Origin: Bacteroidales bacterium
GTDB lineage: Bacteria; Bacteroidota; Bacteroidia; Bacteroidales; UBA1715
Length of the DNA: 47,089 nucleotides
Reading direction: 5' to 3'
NCBI GenBank assembly: GCA_012519815.1
Contig: JAAYPM010000110.1
Span: 1-47,089 of the forward strand
A program made the position numbers and the translations under genes. This document shows positions 31,198-41,151 of the stretch, piece by piece. Numbering within the stretch: the stretch's first letter is position 1; every line of letters starts with the position of its first letter. The notes under the pieces were generated by a model. That model did no database searches and had not been told where the DNA came from. It saw nothing but the letters and a program-made list of their open reading frames with translations.

Positions 31198-31236
31198 TAT
31201 ATGCAATTTTCATACTTTTGATAATCATTGCATATA
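31198..31236 (+). promoter_or_regulatory. Promoter -7 box of the alkaline phosphatase gene, flanked by a 10-bp inverted repeat
   Basis: TATATGCAAT-N19-ATTGCATATA, with TACTTTTG (31213-31220) in the spacer. Confidence 0.45.
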
Positions 31237-31259
31237 TTATTTAAAAAAACATCTAAAAT

Positions 31260-34200
31260 ATGAGACACATAGTATTTATTTTATTGCTTGCATCTACGCT
31301 TAACGTATTTTCGCAAGCTGCACCAAAAAACATTATTGTTGTTGTTGCAAATGGAGTGGGACACAACCATACCAAAGCACTTGATATTTACAACGGAAAT
31401 CAATCGGTATGGAATACATTTCCTGTGCAATATGGAGTTATTACCTATCCTGCATATTCAAATACTATTACAGTGCCAAAAGAAGTGCAATATTACACGG
31501 GCGATTATCATACTCGCCGCGTGTGGTCAGAATTTGCGTATGCCGATAATATGGTTACTGACGCGGCTTCGGCTGGAACTGCAATGGCTACAGGTATTAA
31601 ATCAGCATATAAAGCAGTAGGAGTAGATTTAGATAGTAGCGAACGTGAAACAATATTAGAACGAGCGTTTTTACTTGGAAAATCAACAGGTATTATAACC
31701 GACATGGCGTTTTCTCAAAGTGCAGTTTCTTCATTTGCTGCTCATAATCCTTCTTGTGATAATGCAACAGAAATATTTTCACAATTACTTGCATCAAATG
31801 TAAGCCTTATGATAGGATGTGGGAATCCTTTATATACAAATAACGGAGATAGTAAAGATACTCCCGATTATACTTTTATACTCGAACAAGATTGGAATGC
31901 TCTTATAAATAATAATAATGGCACCCCTGATGCTTGGTCGCTACTTCAAACAAAAGACGATTTATTAACTGCGGCAAACCGACCATTATTTATTCCGCAA
32001 ACTTTTGATGCTGTGCAATTTAAACGCTCACAAGAACATACAATTACAACAGTACCAACATTGCACGAATTGAGTGAATATGGTATACATCATCTTGCTG
32101 CAAACACGCAAGGATTTGCACTTGTAATTGAAACTGGTGCTGTAGAATATGCGTCTGCATTACAAAATAAAACTACTATGATTCAGGCAATGGAAGAACT
32201 TGAACTTACTGTTGCAACTATAACAAATTGGATAGAAAATAATAGTTCATGGGACGAAACTCTGCTTATTGTTACGGGTTCGTATGAAACTGGTTTTTTA
32301 ACATCTTTGGAATTTGATGCAACTCAAAAAAATCCTGACTATTACACAAAAACATATTCGCTTACTACAGGTGCACAAGGAAGTGTTCCTGATATGGTGT
32401 TTCAAAGTACACATAACACAAAATTTCCAACCCCTCTTTTTGCAAAAGGTATTGGAAGCAATTTGTTTTCAGAATACATTGATCAAGAGGATTTTGTATT
32501 TGGGCATGTTATAAACAACTCTGAAATAGGGCAAGTTTGCATGCGGCTTTTACCAGATCCAGCAAAAGCTTACAAAACACCAAAAAACATTATTTTTATG
32601 ATTAATGATGGTGCAGGATTAAATCAAATACGTGCTGCCGAATATTACACCGGAGTGCGTCAAGCGTATCGCGATTTTCCTGTTGCATTATTTCATAGCA
32701 CGTATCCATTAACTACCAATGAAAATGTGCATTTAGTGCAACATTGGAATAATTCCTACGAATCGCGTCTTGCGTGGTTAGATCCAACATATTTACGCGA
32801 AAGAAATAATGCTACATGTTCAGGAGCTTCGGCAACAGCAATGGCTTCGGGTACAAAAACATATTATTATTCAATGGGTGTTGACAAAGACGGCAATGCG
32901 TTAAATACAATTGCTCGCCACGCAAAACTTCTTCAAAAATCAAATGGCTTAATTGTTACCAAAGCAATTTATGATGCAACACCAGCAGGGTTTTATACAA
33001 ATAATAAATCACGAAATAATTATAGTGAAATTACTCGCCAAATAATTATAGAATCAAAAGCTGATATACTTATTGGTGCCGACCATCCTGAATTTGATGT
33101 GAATGGACAAGCTGTTGAAAACCCTGATTATACAAATATGGGTGGTGTTGAATTTTGGGAAGATTTAGTTGCGGAAAAAACAGTTTTTCGTACCGCAGCA
33201 AATTCTGGAGCTACAGAAGTGCAAGATTCAGATGGTGATGGTATTCCAGACGCATGGACATTTATTCAAGACAGTGTTGATTTTGCTCAATTGCTCGAAG
33301 CTCCTACAACACCAACTCGAATACTTGGTATTATAAAATCTGCATTTTCAACACAATCATACCGAACAGGTATTAATAGACAAGAAGTGCATTTTGACGA
33401 TCTTAACCCCGAAATTCCCGATTTATGGCAAACATCATTACTTGGACTGAAACATTTGAATAAAAATCCTGAAGGTTTCTTTATTATGATAGAAGGCTCG
33501 GCTACCGATAATGCTGGACATAATAAGGAAAAAGGAAGAATTATTGAAGAACAAATGCGATTTGATCAAGCTGTGGATTCTGTAATTGCATGGATAGAAG
33601 CGCATGGTGGTTGGGACGAGAATCTTTTAATTATTACTGCCGATCATGAAACAGGATTATTAGCATCACCAACATTAAATACCGATTCTATTACTCTTAA
33701 TCATTACGATATTATTGATAATGGTGCAGGAAATATGCCTGGCATGGAATTTTATGCAACGCATCATTCAAATCAACTTATACCGTTTTTTGCAAAAGGG
33801 GCAGGAAGTGAAATTTATTATGAATATGCCGATGAACACGATGCTGTATTTGGTAAATTTTTAACAAATTCTGAAATTGCACAAGGTATGTTCCGTTTAT
33901 GGAATGGCAAACCATGTACAATTATTAATCATCGTCCAATTTTAGTTTCGAGTAATCCTATTCCCGATGTTTGGTTGTCGCTTGGTGTGGATACAAGTTT
34001 TACGATAGAGAAAAATTTCATATCTGATGTGGAAGATACCGAATTTCTTTATACAGTAGGTGCTCGTCCACGCTGGATACAAGTTGATGCCGAAACACTT
34101 ACATTTTCGGGAACACCAACAAGCACTGGACGTTCAAATGTAGTAATAAATGTAACTGATGGTAAAACTACTGGTGCTGGACTTACCACACAAGTTTCAT

Positions 34201-34478
34201 TTGCTATAATTACATTAGATAATGGTACATCTATTGATGCAGTACAAACAGCTGAAGCGTATGTATATCCAAATCCTACATCAACCACATTAATAGCCTC
34301 TATACCAAGCGGCTCGGCACAGGTGGTTATATATAATCAAAACGGAAAGATTGTGTTTAATACATACAGCAATACTTCTGAAATGCGTATCCCAGTTGCA
34401 GATATGATTCCAGGCACATATATAATACAAATTCAAGAAAAAGAAATAACAACTCAACATACAGTTATCATACAATAG
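31260..34478 (+). CDS. T9SS-secreted tandem-domain alkaline phosphatase (degenerate AP + intact AP + Ig/cadherin-like + type A CTD)
   Basis: Signal peptide S|Q; two PKNII...G...G AP-fold repeats; P.W...D..T..FSGTP Ig-like (He_PIG-type) domain; C-terminal VYPNP...IYN..GK...PG.YII.I type A CTD. Confidence 0.9.
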   Translation: MRHIVFILLLASTLNVFSQAAPKNIIVVVANGVGHNHTKALDIYNGNQSVWNTFPVQYGVITYPAYSNTITVPKEVQYYTGDYHTRRVWSEFAYADNMVTDAASAGTAMATGIKSAYKAVGVDLDSSERETILERAFLLGKSTGIITDMAFSQSAVSSFAAHNPSCDNATEIFSQLLASNVSLMIGCGNPLYTNNGDSKDTPDYTFILEQDWNALINNNNGTPDAWSLLQTKDDLLTAANRPLFIPQTFDAVQFKRSQEHTITTVPTLHELSEYGIHHLAANTQGFALVIETGAVEYASALQNKTTMIQAMEELELTVATITNWIENNSSWDETLLIVTGSYETGFLTSLEFDATQKNPDYYTKTYSLTTGAQGSVPDMVFQSTHNTKFPTPLFAKGIGSNLFSEYIDQEDFVFGHVINNSEIGQVCMRLLPDPAKAYKTPKNIIFMINDGAGLNQIRAAEYYTGVRQAYRDFPVALFHSTYPLTTNENVHLVQHWNNSYESRLAWLDPTYLRERNNATCSGASATAMASGTKTYYYSMGVDKDGNALNTIARHAKLLQKSNGLIVTKAIYDATPAGFYTNNKSRNNYSEITRQIIIESKADILIGADHPEFDVNGQAVENPDYTNMGGVEFWEDLVAEKTVFRTAANSGATEVQDSDGDGIPDAWTFIQDSVDFAQLLEAPTTPTRILGIIKSAFSTQSYRTGINRQEVHFDDLNPEIPDLWQTSLLGLKHLNKNPEGFFIMIEGSATDNAGHNKEKGRIIEEQMRFDQAVDSVIAWIEAHGGWDENLLIITADHETGLLASPTLNTDSITLNHYDIIDNGAGNMPGMEFYATHHSNQLIPFFAKGAGSEIYYEYADEHDAVFGKFLTNSEIAQGMFRLWNGKPCTIINHRPILVSSNPIPDVWLSLGVDTSFTIEKNFISDVEDTEFLYTVGARPRWIQVDAETLTFSGTPTSTGRSNVVINVTDGKTTGAGLTTQVSFAIITLDNGTSIDAVQTAEAYVYPNPTSTTLIASIPSGSAQVVIYNQNGKIVFNTYSNTSEMRIPVADMIPGTYIIQIQEKEITTQHTVIIQ

Positions 34479-34508
34479 CACAAAATATTTGAATATGATT
34501 TATTACGT

Positions 34509-36992
34509 ATGAAATTATATACGATTTGTATAAGTGTTTTTATACTACTTGCAAGTTACAGAGGATATGCACAAAAAGAATGTAACGGCATAGTGCGTGA
34601 TTATGATACGCAAGAACCTATTTCGTTTGCAAGTGTTTGGGTAAAGGGTACTACTATTGGTACACTTACACAACTTAATGGGAGTTTTTCAATAACGCTC
34701 CCAAAATCAAGTGATACACTTATGATTTCTACCGTAGGATATAAAGATTATATCATTCCTTATGCTGCTATTTCAAATAATAGCATGGAAATTTATGCTA
34801 TTCCTACTGCAATTATACTTGAAAAAACGGTTATTCGTCCGGGTAAAAATATGGCAATTCCTATAGTGCGAAATGCAATAAAAAATCGCCGAGAAAACAG
34901 ACCTGGAACTGTTGATTCTATTAATTTTATGGAATATAACAAACTTAATATTAGTTTGAGCGGCTTAGATTCAAGTATTTTTAAAGCTAATTTTATTCGT
35001 AAAAACCCTGAAATACTTATTAAAGCAAATGAGTATGATAGCACATGGAGTGTTCCTTTATATTTTTCGGAACGTCTTACTCTTGAAAAACGGCGAGCAA
35101 ATAAATACCCAGAAATTACAGAAATCGCCAAAAATCAACATGGAAGCACATTTATTAACAGTGATATTACTACAAAATATGTTACCAGTCTTAATCAAGA
35201 CATGACGTTTTATGGAAATTTGCGATTTTTATCTCGCGATTTTATAAGTCCTATTTCTATACAAGCACTGATATATTACGATTATTTTTTACGCGATTCT
35301 CTTACTTTTGAAGGAAACACGTATTATCAAATAAAATTTCGTCCTAAAAATAAGCAAGACCTTGCATTTCATGGATATATGATTATTGAAAAAGAAACAG
35401 GAGCATTAACAGAAATTCAAGCAAGTTTACAGGCAACTGCAAATCTTAATTATGTAAAATCTATGCAAATCCATGAGCAATTACAAAAAATTGACGGAAA
35501 TAATTGGTTTTATAAACAACAAAAAATTGAAATTGAATTTACTCCACAACTTTCATCAGACACAACAAACAATGCTTTTAACACTCCTCTTAAAGCAATT
35601 AAAACCACTCATTTTATAGTTGATACTGCAACTATTGCAACGTATCAACACACACAAGCACTTCCTAAAAAACTGCAAAGGCATGTGCCTGCTATTCAAA
35701 CAGACACTTTAACACTTGCACTCTATCGCCCCGACACATTGAGCACACTTGATATTATTACAAGAGAAGCAATAGAAATAAGTAATAATATTCCAGCTAT
35801 TAAAGCTACTAATACATTGCTTGATATGTTTTTATATGGATATCTTCCGTTTGGGAAAATTGAATTTGGTCCGTATTTATATTTTGTGCAACACAATGAA
35901 ATAGAAGGATATAGATACAATCTTGCAATGCGTACTTCTCCAAAATTGCACGATAAAATGATGATTGGCGGATACATAGGATATGGGAGTAGAGATAAAA
36001 AATTCAAATACGGCAGCACCTTTGCTTTGCGTATGCCAACCACTTTATTAGGAATTCTTCATATAAAATATGACCAAAATATATATAGAATTGGCGATTA
36101 CAAACAAAATTTGGATTTTGTACGCGAAAATGTGTTAGTGCAATCCGATGATAATATGCTATCTGCCCTTACCAGCAAAATGCCAAACAAAGCGGTGTAT
36201 TTTGTAAAAAAAGGCTCGCTTGCATACGAACAACAAATTCATCCAAATATAATTATAAAACCAAAAATTGAAATTTCAGAACATTATAATGCTCCGTTTT
36301 ACAATTTTGATACTATTTCAAATACCATTTCTTCTTTTTCGGTACAAGAAGTAAGTTGTAATGTTAGAATTTCATTTAAAGAAGAAATATCAAACAACCA
36401 TTTTCGACGAATGTATATTGATTCTCGCTATCCTATATTTCAATTCAATACCGCTGTTGGAACATATTCGTATGATTTACATACGCAAAATAAATATGCA
36501 CAAATACGATTTGTTGTGCGGCACGATATTTTATTTGGCGTAGGACGATTAAAATATGTAGTTGAATCAGGGCTTACCTCAACATCGGTACCTTTTCCAC
36601 TTTTAGAAATTCATAGAGGAAACGAAACCGGAAGTAGCGGAGAATATTATTATAATCTTATGGAATATATGGAATTTGCAAGCGATAGATATATAAATGT
36701 ATTTGCAGAATATGGTTTAAATGGATTCATATTCAACAAAATACCGCTTATTAAAAAATTAAATTTACGCGAACTTCTTACATTTAAAACATGTTGGGGC
36801 GATAGAAAACACGAACAAATATTTTCTTTGCCAACAACAACAAAATCGCCTACAATACCATATATAGAGGCAGGAGTGGGTATAACAAATGTGTTGAAAA
36901 TAATTCGAATAGAATATATTTGGAGACTTAACCACTTAAAAGAAACACAGGAAAATAGTGGATTATTTTTTAGATTTCAATTTGAATTCTAA
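34509..36992 (+). CDS. DUF5686 / carboxypeptidase-regulatory-like domain outer-membrane protein
   Basis: N-terminal G.V.D..T.EPI.FA.V...GT..GT.T...G.F; F.SPI, N.IEG.R, EF.SD.Y, PY.E.GVGI.N and terminal F typical of DUF5686. Confidence 0.82.
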   Translation: MKLYTICISVFILLASYRGYAQKECNGIVRDYDTQEPISFASVWVKGTTIGTLTQLNGSFSITLPKSSDTLMISTVGYKDYIIPYAAISNNSMEIYAIPTAIILEKTVIRPGKNMAIPIVRNAIKNRRENRPGTVDSINFMEYNKLNISLSGLDSSIFKANFIRKNPEILIKANEYDSTWSVPLYFSERLTLEKRRANKYPEITEIAKNQHGSTFINSDITTKYVTSLNQDMTFYGNLRFLSRDFISPISIQALIYYDYFLRDSLTFEGNTYYQIKFRPKNKQDLAFHGYMIIEKETGALTEIQASLQATANLNYVKSMQIHEQLQKIDGNNWFYKQQKIEIEFTPQLSSDTTNNAFNTPLKAIKTTHFIVDTATIATYQHTQALPKKLQRHVPAIQTDTLTLALYRPDTLSTLDIITREAIEISNNIPAIKATNTLLDMFLYGYLPFGKIEFGPYLYFVQHNEIEGYRYNLAMRTSPKLHDKMMIGGYIGYGSRDKKFKYGSTFALRMPTTLLGILHIKYDQNIYRIGDYKQNLDFVRENVLVQSDDNMLSALTSKMPNKAVYFVKKGSLAYEQQIHPNIIIKPKIEISEHYNAPFYNFDTISNTISSFSVQEVSCNVRISFKEEISNNHFRRMYIDSRYPIFQFNTAVGTYSYDLHTQNKYAQIRFVVRHDILFGVGRLKYVVESGLTSTSVPFPLLEIHRGNETGSSGEYYYNLMEYMEFASDRYINVFAEYGLNGFIFNKIPLIKKLNLRELLTFKTCWGDRKHEQIFSLPTTTKSPTIPYIEAGVGITNVLKIIRIEYIWRLNHLKETQENSGLFFRFQFEF

Positions 36993-37363
36993 TATTCGAT
37001 AAATTCAAATTCAAGCTTTAAAAATTTTGAATATTGATTTCCAGAAATAAGCATATCATTATCTTCTTTTTCATAAAACCAACGAATTATTATAGAATTA
37101 TTCTCTATAAATCGCTCTATAAGAAGAAGCATTTTTGCTAATTGTTTTGACGAAGCGGTATTAAAATACTCAAGTTTTATTTCGAACACAAATTTTTGTT
37201 CGTGCGATTCACTAAGTACTGCTTCAATCCAATCAAGAACAGGTTTGTAGAAATCAATTGCGTTTTCAGGTAACGATCGCCCAGAAAGCTTGAAAATTCC
37301 TGTTGCTATATCAAAATTTACTTGGGGAGTGTCTTCTGTTTTTTGTATTAATAATGAATCCAT
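36989..37363 (-). CDS. SiaC-family regulatory phosphoprotein (DUF1987), copy 2
   Basis: IQKTEDTPQV.F...SGRSLPENA..FY.P...W...LEYFNTASSK; clear paralog of 15702-16082. Confidence 0.87.
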   Translation of the reverse strand: MDSLLIQKTEDTPQVNFDIATGIFKLSGRSLPENAIDFYKPVLDWIEAVLSESHEQKFVFEIKLEYFNTASSKQLAKMLLLIERFIENNSIIIRWFYEKEDNDMLISGNQYSKFLKLEFEFIEY

Positions 37364-37465
37364 AAAATATAAACGTAGATATTTCGGGTAATATATAAAA
37401 AAGTAAAATTATATGTAAAAATACATATAACAAAAGAAAAGAACAAGAATCTCACATAATTGTTT

Positions 37466-38680
37466 TTATTTGTGTACATAATTGTGCGGGAACAACAATG
37501 TACTATCGCCATAGCTTAAAAATCGATAGTCAGATTCAAGAGCATGCTCGTAGATTTTTTTCCATGCGCTTCCAACAAATGCACTCACTAAAAGCAAAAG
37601 AGTACTTTTAGGTTGATGAAAATTAGTAAACATTGCATTTACCACCCGAAATGTATATCCAGGAACTATCATAATATGCGTGTAGGCATAAAAATATGAA
37701 AGCGAATGTGTGTCCATATAACGCAACAGTGCATCACAGGCGTCTTCTAAAGAAATAGTTTGAGGCAAAGAATACGCCTCCCATTGAGTTAATTCTCCAT
37801 TCCATGATCTTTTTGTGTGTAAAATTACACCTATCCAATAAAGAGATTCGAGTGTACGTACCGAAGTGGTACCAACTGCAACACAAAATTTTTGGTTTTT
37901 CAATGATTCAATACAAGAACGAGGAACAGAAAAAAACTCACGATGCATAGTATGTTCCTTGTAATTAGACAATTGAATAGGTTTAAATGTGCCCGCACCA
38001 ACATGTAGTGTAACAAACATTTTATGGATGTTTTTTGATGAAAAATCCTCTAAAACCTGCGGTGTAAAGTGTAATCCAGCAGTTGGTGCCGCAACAGAAC
38101 CTTCATGTTCTGCATACACAGTTTGATATCGTATATCATCAATAGTTTCACTTTTTCTTGACAAATAAGGAGGAATAGGTATTTCGCCAATAGTTTCAAG
38201 TATTTCGCCAAAACTTACATCAGCATTCCACGAAAAATGCACACGATACGAATTGTGTAAAGTTTCGAGTAAGGTAGCGGTAATCACAACATTACAGTTG
38301 CGAACGGTAAGATGCAACTGCAAAGATTCATGTTTCCATTTTTTTGCATTTCCAACAAAACAATGCCATGTGCATGATTGTGTTTCGGCAAAAACTTGCT
38401 GATAATCATGAGGAATATATGGTTCTAAACAAAAAATTTCAATCTGTGCGCCTGTTGATTTTTTAAACAACATTCGTGCGTGTATTACACGTGTATTATT
38501 AAAAACAAGCAAAGCATTTTCGGGAATATACGCAGATGCGTGCGAAAACATAGTATCAACAATTTCCTGAGAAGTCCACACCAATAATTTTGATGAATCA
38601 CGTTGCGGCAAAGGATATTTTGCAATTTTTGATTCAGGTAAATAATAATTATACTGTTCTATTTGTTCGTCTTTATTCAT
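37466..38680 (-). CDS. queA: S-adenosylmethionine:tRNA ribosyltransferase-isomerase
   Basis: FNNTRVI.AR, PIPPY, YQTVY, GSVAAPTAGLHF, TLHVGAGTF, VGTTSVR, TNFHQP and FLSYGD motifs. Confidence 0.96.
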   Translation of the reverse strand: MNKDEQIEQYNYYLPESKIAKYPLPQRDSSKLLVWTSQEIVDTMFSHASAYIPENALLVFNNTRVIHARMLFKKSTGAQIEIFCLEPYIPHDYQQVFAETQSCTWHCFVGNAKKWKHESLQLHLTVRNCNVVITATLLETLHNSYRVHFSWNADVSFGEILETIGEIPIPPYLSRKSETIDDIRYQTVYAEHEGSVAAPTAGLHFTPQVLEDFSSKNIHKMFVTLHVGAGTFKPIQLSNYKEHTMHREFFSVPRSCIESLKNQKFCVAVGTTSVRTLESLYWIGVILHTKRSWNGELTQWEAYSLPQTISLEDACDALLRYMDTHSLSYFYAYTHIMIVPGYTFRVVNAMFTNFHQPKSTLLLLVSAFVGSAWKKIYEHALESDYRFLSYGDSTLLFPHNYVHK

Positions 38681-38697
38681 TTTTTTAATAGTATTCG

Positions 38698-38715
38698 CAA
38701 AAATATGTAAATTTG
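38698..38715. promoter_or_regulatory. Back-to-back -7 boxes for queA (minus) and the DUF2027/Smr gene (plus)
   Basis: CAAAAATA (38698-38705, TATTTTTG on minus) and TAAATTTG (38708-38715) are 2 nt apart. Confidence 0.55.
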
Positions 38716-38753
38716 AATCGATTTACATATATCTTATCCAAAATAAACAAAGT

Positions 38754-39779
38754 ATGACAAATATATCTATTGGTGCTACTGTTCGGTATTTAAATGAAGT
38801 TGGCGGGGGAACAATTACCCGAATAATTAGTCCAACTATGGTAGAAATTCTTGATGAATCTGGATTTGAAATTCCTGTTCCTATTTCAGAATTACTTATT
38901 GTAAATCAGAAATCAGATACAGAAAAAGTAGAAATTGCAAAACCTCAAATCCCAGAACCAGAACCAATTACGTATATAGAAGGTAATAATCAATTATACA
39001 TAGCACTTGCGTTTGTTCCAACAACAAAACATAACGAACATTTTACTCTTTTTCTAATAAATGATTCAAATTATTGGATATCATATCTTTGTGCACAAAC
39101 AAAAGTAGAATCACATTCACAAAATATACTTGAAACAGGAACATTAGAACCAAACACAAAATTACAATTAACACAACTAACTCTTTTAGAATTGCATGAA
39201 ATTAAAACCATACATTTTCAAGCAATTATTTATAATACAGAAGATTACAAAGTAGAAAAACCAATTTCAGAAAAATATAATGTAGAACATACAAAATTTT
39301 ATAAATCTGGAATATTTCAAGAAAATATGTTTTTTAATGAAAATGCATATATTGTTGATTTACATAATGCCACACATAAAAAAATACAGGAATCTTTACA
39401 AAAACAAGATATTCAAAAACTCACATCACTCAAGCAATTAGGAGAAAAACGACCACGAATACAACAAAAACGTACCCCAAAAGAAGAAATACGAGAAGTA
39501 GATTTACATATACATGAATTAGTTGAAGATGAAAACCATATGAGTTCTGCCGAAAAACTTTCAGTGCAATTAGCCGCATTTGAAACAGCTCTTACGCAAG
39601 CAATACAAGATGGGATTCCTAAATTAGTATATATTCATGGGGTTGGAAATGGAATTCTTAAATCTAAAATTCGCTCAATTCTTGATAAAGACTATCCTCA
39701 ATTTTTTTATCAAGATGCCTCATTTCAAAGGTATAAATTTGGAGCAACATTAGTGTATTTAAAAAAAATACATTCATAA
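38754..39779 (+). CDS. DUF2027 and Smr/MutS2 domain protein
   Basis: IG..VRYLN.VGGG...GFEIP, LAFVP, L.NDSNY; C-terminal VDLHI..L...IHG.G.G.L...DA.F..Y..GAT. Confidence 0.88.
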   Translation: MTNISIGATVRYLNEVGGGTITRIISPTMVEILDESGFEIPVPISELLIVNQKSDTEKVEIAKPQIPEPEPITYIEGNNQLYIALAFVPTTKHNEHFTLFLINDSNYWISYLCAQTKVESHSQNILETGTLEPNTKLQLTQLTLLELHEIKTIHFQAIIYNTEDYKVEKPISEKYNVEHTKFYKSGIFQENMFFNENAYIVDLHNATHKKIQESLQKQDIQKLTSLKQLGEKRPRIQQKRTPKEEIREVDLHIHELVEDENHMSSAEKLSVQLAAFETALTQAIQDGIPKLVYIHGVGNGILKSKIRSILDKDYPQFFYQDASFQRYKFGATLVYLKKIHS

Positions 39780-39798
39780 CTATTTATATATCTGAATT

Positions 39799-40488
39799 AT
39801 GAATCAAAAATCTCAAAATCCAACTATCATTGTATTGCAATTAATAGATTCAATTTTAGAGCATAGCAATGCGGGAAATAAAATTCAAGCAACAAAACAT
39901 TGTGCTACATTACAATCAATACTCACTTCTTTTCCTCTTATTCTATGGGATAATCAAAGTATTTGGAAGTTAGCAAAAGTGTTTTTAATAATGTATCATT
40001 ATGATATATATGAACAAGAAGATGCAAATATTACCTTAATGCATGAAGCATATTTATTTGCAAATCGTTCAATAGATTTATTTGAACAAGCAACGCAAAA
40101 TTCTGAAACAGCACAAGAAGATTATTTTCAGGCATTGCGAACCCAAATACTTATTCTAAAAACAGGGGCTGATTGTTTTACACCGATTGTATCAGATTTA
40201 TATGCAAAAAAAACAGGTGTAATGTCAACGCAAGAAACGCAAATAGCCCAACAACTTTCAAACACCGCACTTCTTATAATGCAATATGCAGTATTAGACA
40301 AAATATCAGAACATTTTCCTGATTTTAATCAAGATGTATTTTTAGAAGATTTATGTGCGTCTATAGAAATTGAACATGCCGAAATATCAAAAGCATCATT
40401 AGTTCAGGCACAAAAAATTCATACACGCATGTTGTATGATATTAAGAAAAATTTTACACATAAATATTCCTTAGCTAAAAACACATAA
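39799..40488 (+). CDS. Hypothetical alpha-helical protein
   Basis: 229-aa ORF 19 nt downstream of the previous gene on the same strand; no motif recognised. Confidence 0.65.
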   Translation: MNQKSQNPTIIVLQLIDSILEHSNAGNKIQATKHCATLQSILTSFPLILWDNQSIWKLAKVFLIMYHYDIYEQEDANITLMHEAYLFANRSIDLFEQATQNSETAQEDYFQALRTQILILKTGADCFTPIVSDLYAKKTGVMSTQETQIAQQLSNTALLIMQYAVLDKISEHFPDFNQDVFLEDLCASIEIEHAEISKASLVQAQKIHTRMLYDIKKNFTHKYSLAKNT

Positions 40489-40583
40489 AAATTAGTGAAT
40501 TTAAAGCTGTAAGGATTGTTAGTACTCATCAGTCTATAAAAATTAAAAAGTATCGTTATTATTAACAATAAAAACAATGTACT

Positions 40584-41048
40584 ATGAATAGAATATTAGC
40601 AACAGAAAAAAACAACATATTGGCATTAGTGGCACGTGTAGCACTTGGCATAGTTGTACTTCCGCACGGAGCTCAAAAATTATTGGGCTGGTTTGGTGGA
40701 TATGGATTTCAGGGAACCATGGAATTTATGACACAAGGTCTTCATTTACCTTATATTATAGCATTATTGGTGATTCTTGTTGAATTTTTCGGAGCATTAT
40801 TTCTCATTTTCGGCTTTCTTACCAGAATATCGGCATTGGGAATATTAGGAACATTTACTGGAATAGTAATAACTGCTCATTTAAAAGCGGGATTTTTTAT
40901 GAATTGGTATGGACAAGCTGATGCAACAGAAGGATTAGAATATTTCATTCTATTATTTGGATTAGCAATTATCTCTCTTTTGGCAGGTGGTGGAAAATTT
41001 AGTGTAGATACGCTGCTCTTTAATAAAAAATCAAATGATGAAAAATAA
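40584..41048 (+). CDS. DoxX-family membrane protein
   Basis: R..LG.V..PHGAQKL.GWFGG.G, E..G...L..G..TR, G.EY and G.GKFS.D motifs. Confidence 0.92.
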   Translation: MNRILATEKNNILALVARVALGIVVLPHGAQKLLGWFGGYGFQGTMEFMTQGLHLPYIIALLVILVEFFGALFLIFGFLTRISALGILGTFTGIVITAHLKAGFFMNWYGQADATEGLEYFILLFGLAIISLLAGGGKFSVDTLLFNKKSNDEK

Positions 41049-41125
41049 TTGTATCCGAAATTGATTTTTAGATAGAAAAATATTGGTTGAAAAATCACAC
41101 TTTTTTCTTACTGAATACTTTTAAA

Positions 41126-41151
41126 CTGTCCAGTTTTTGGGGGAACTTACA
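41126..41151. mobile_element. Probable orphan IS3-family-like terminal inverted repeat (remnant)
   Basis: GC-rich 26-mer in an AT-rich spacer. The minus strand reads TGTAAGTTCCCCCAAAAACTGGACAG, resembling 5'-TG...CCCC-AAAA..TGGACA ends of IS3-family elements. No transposase nearby. Confidence 0.5.

Noticed and set aside
12809-38680. Apparent clustering of tRNA-related genes (tsaC, tadA, aspS, queA)
   Set aside because: Spread over 26 kb in separate transcription units; ordinary for a core-genome region.
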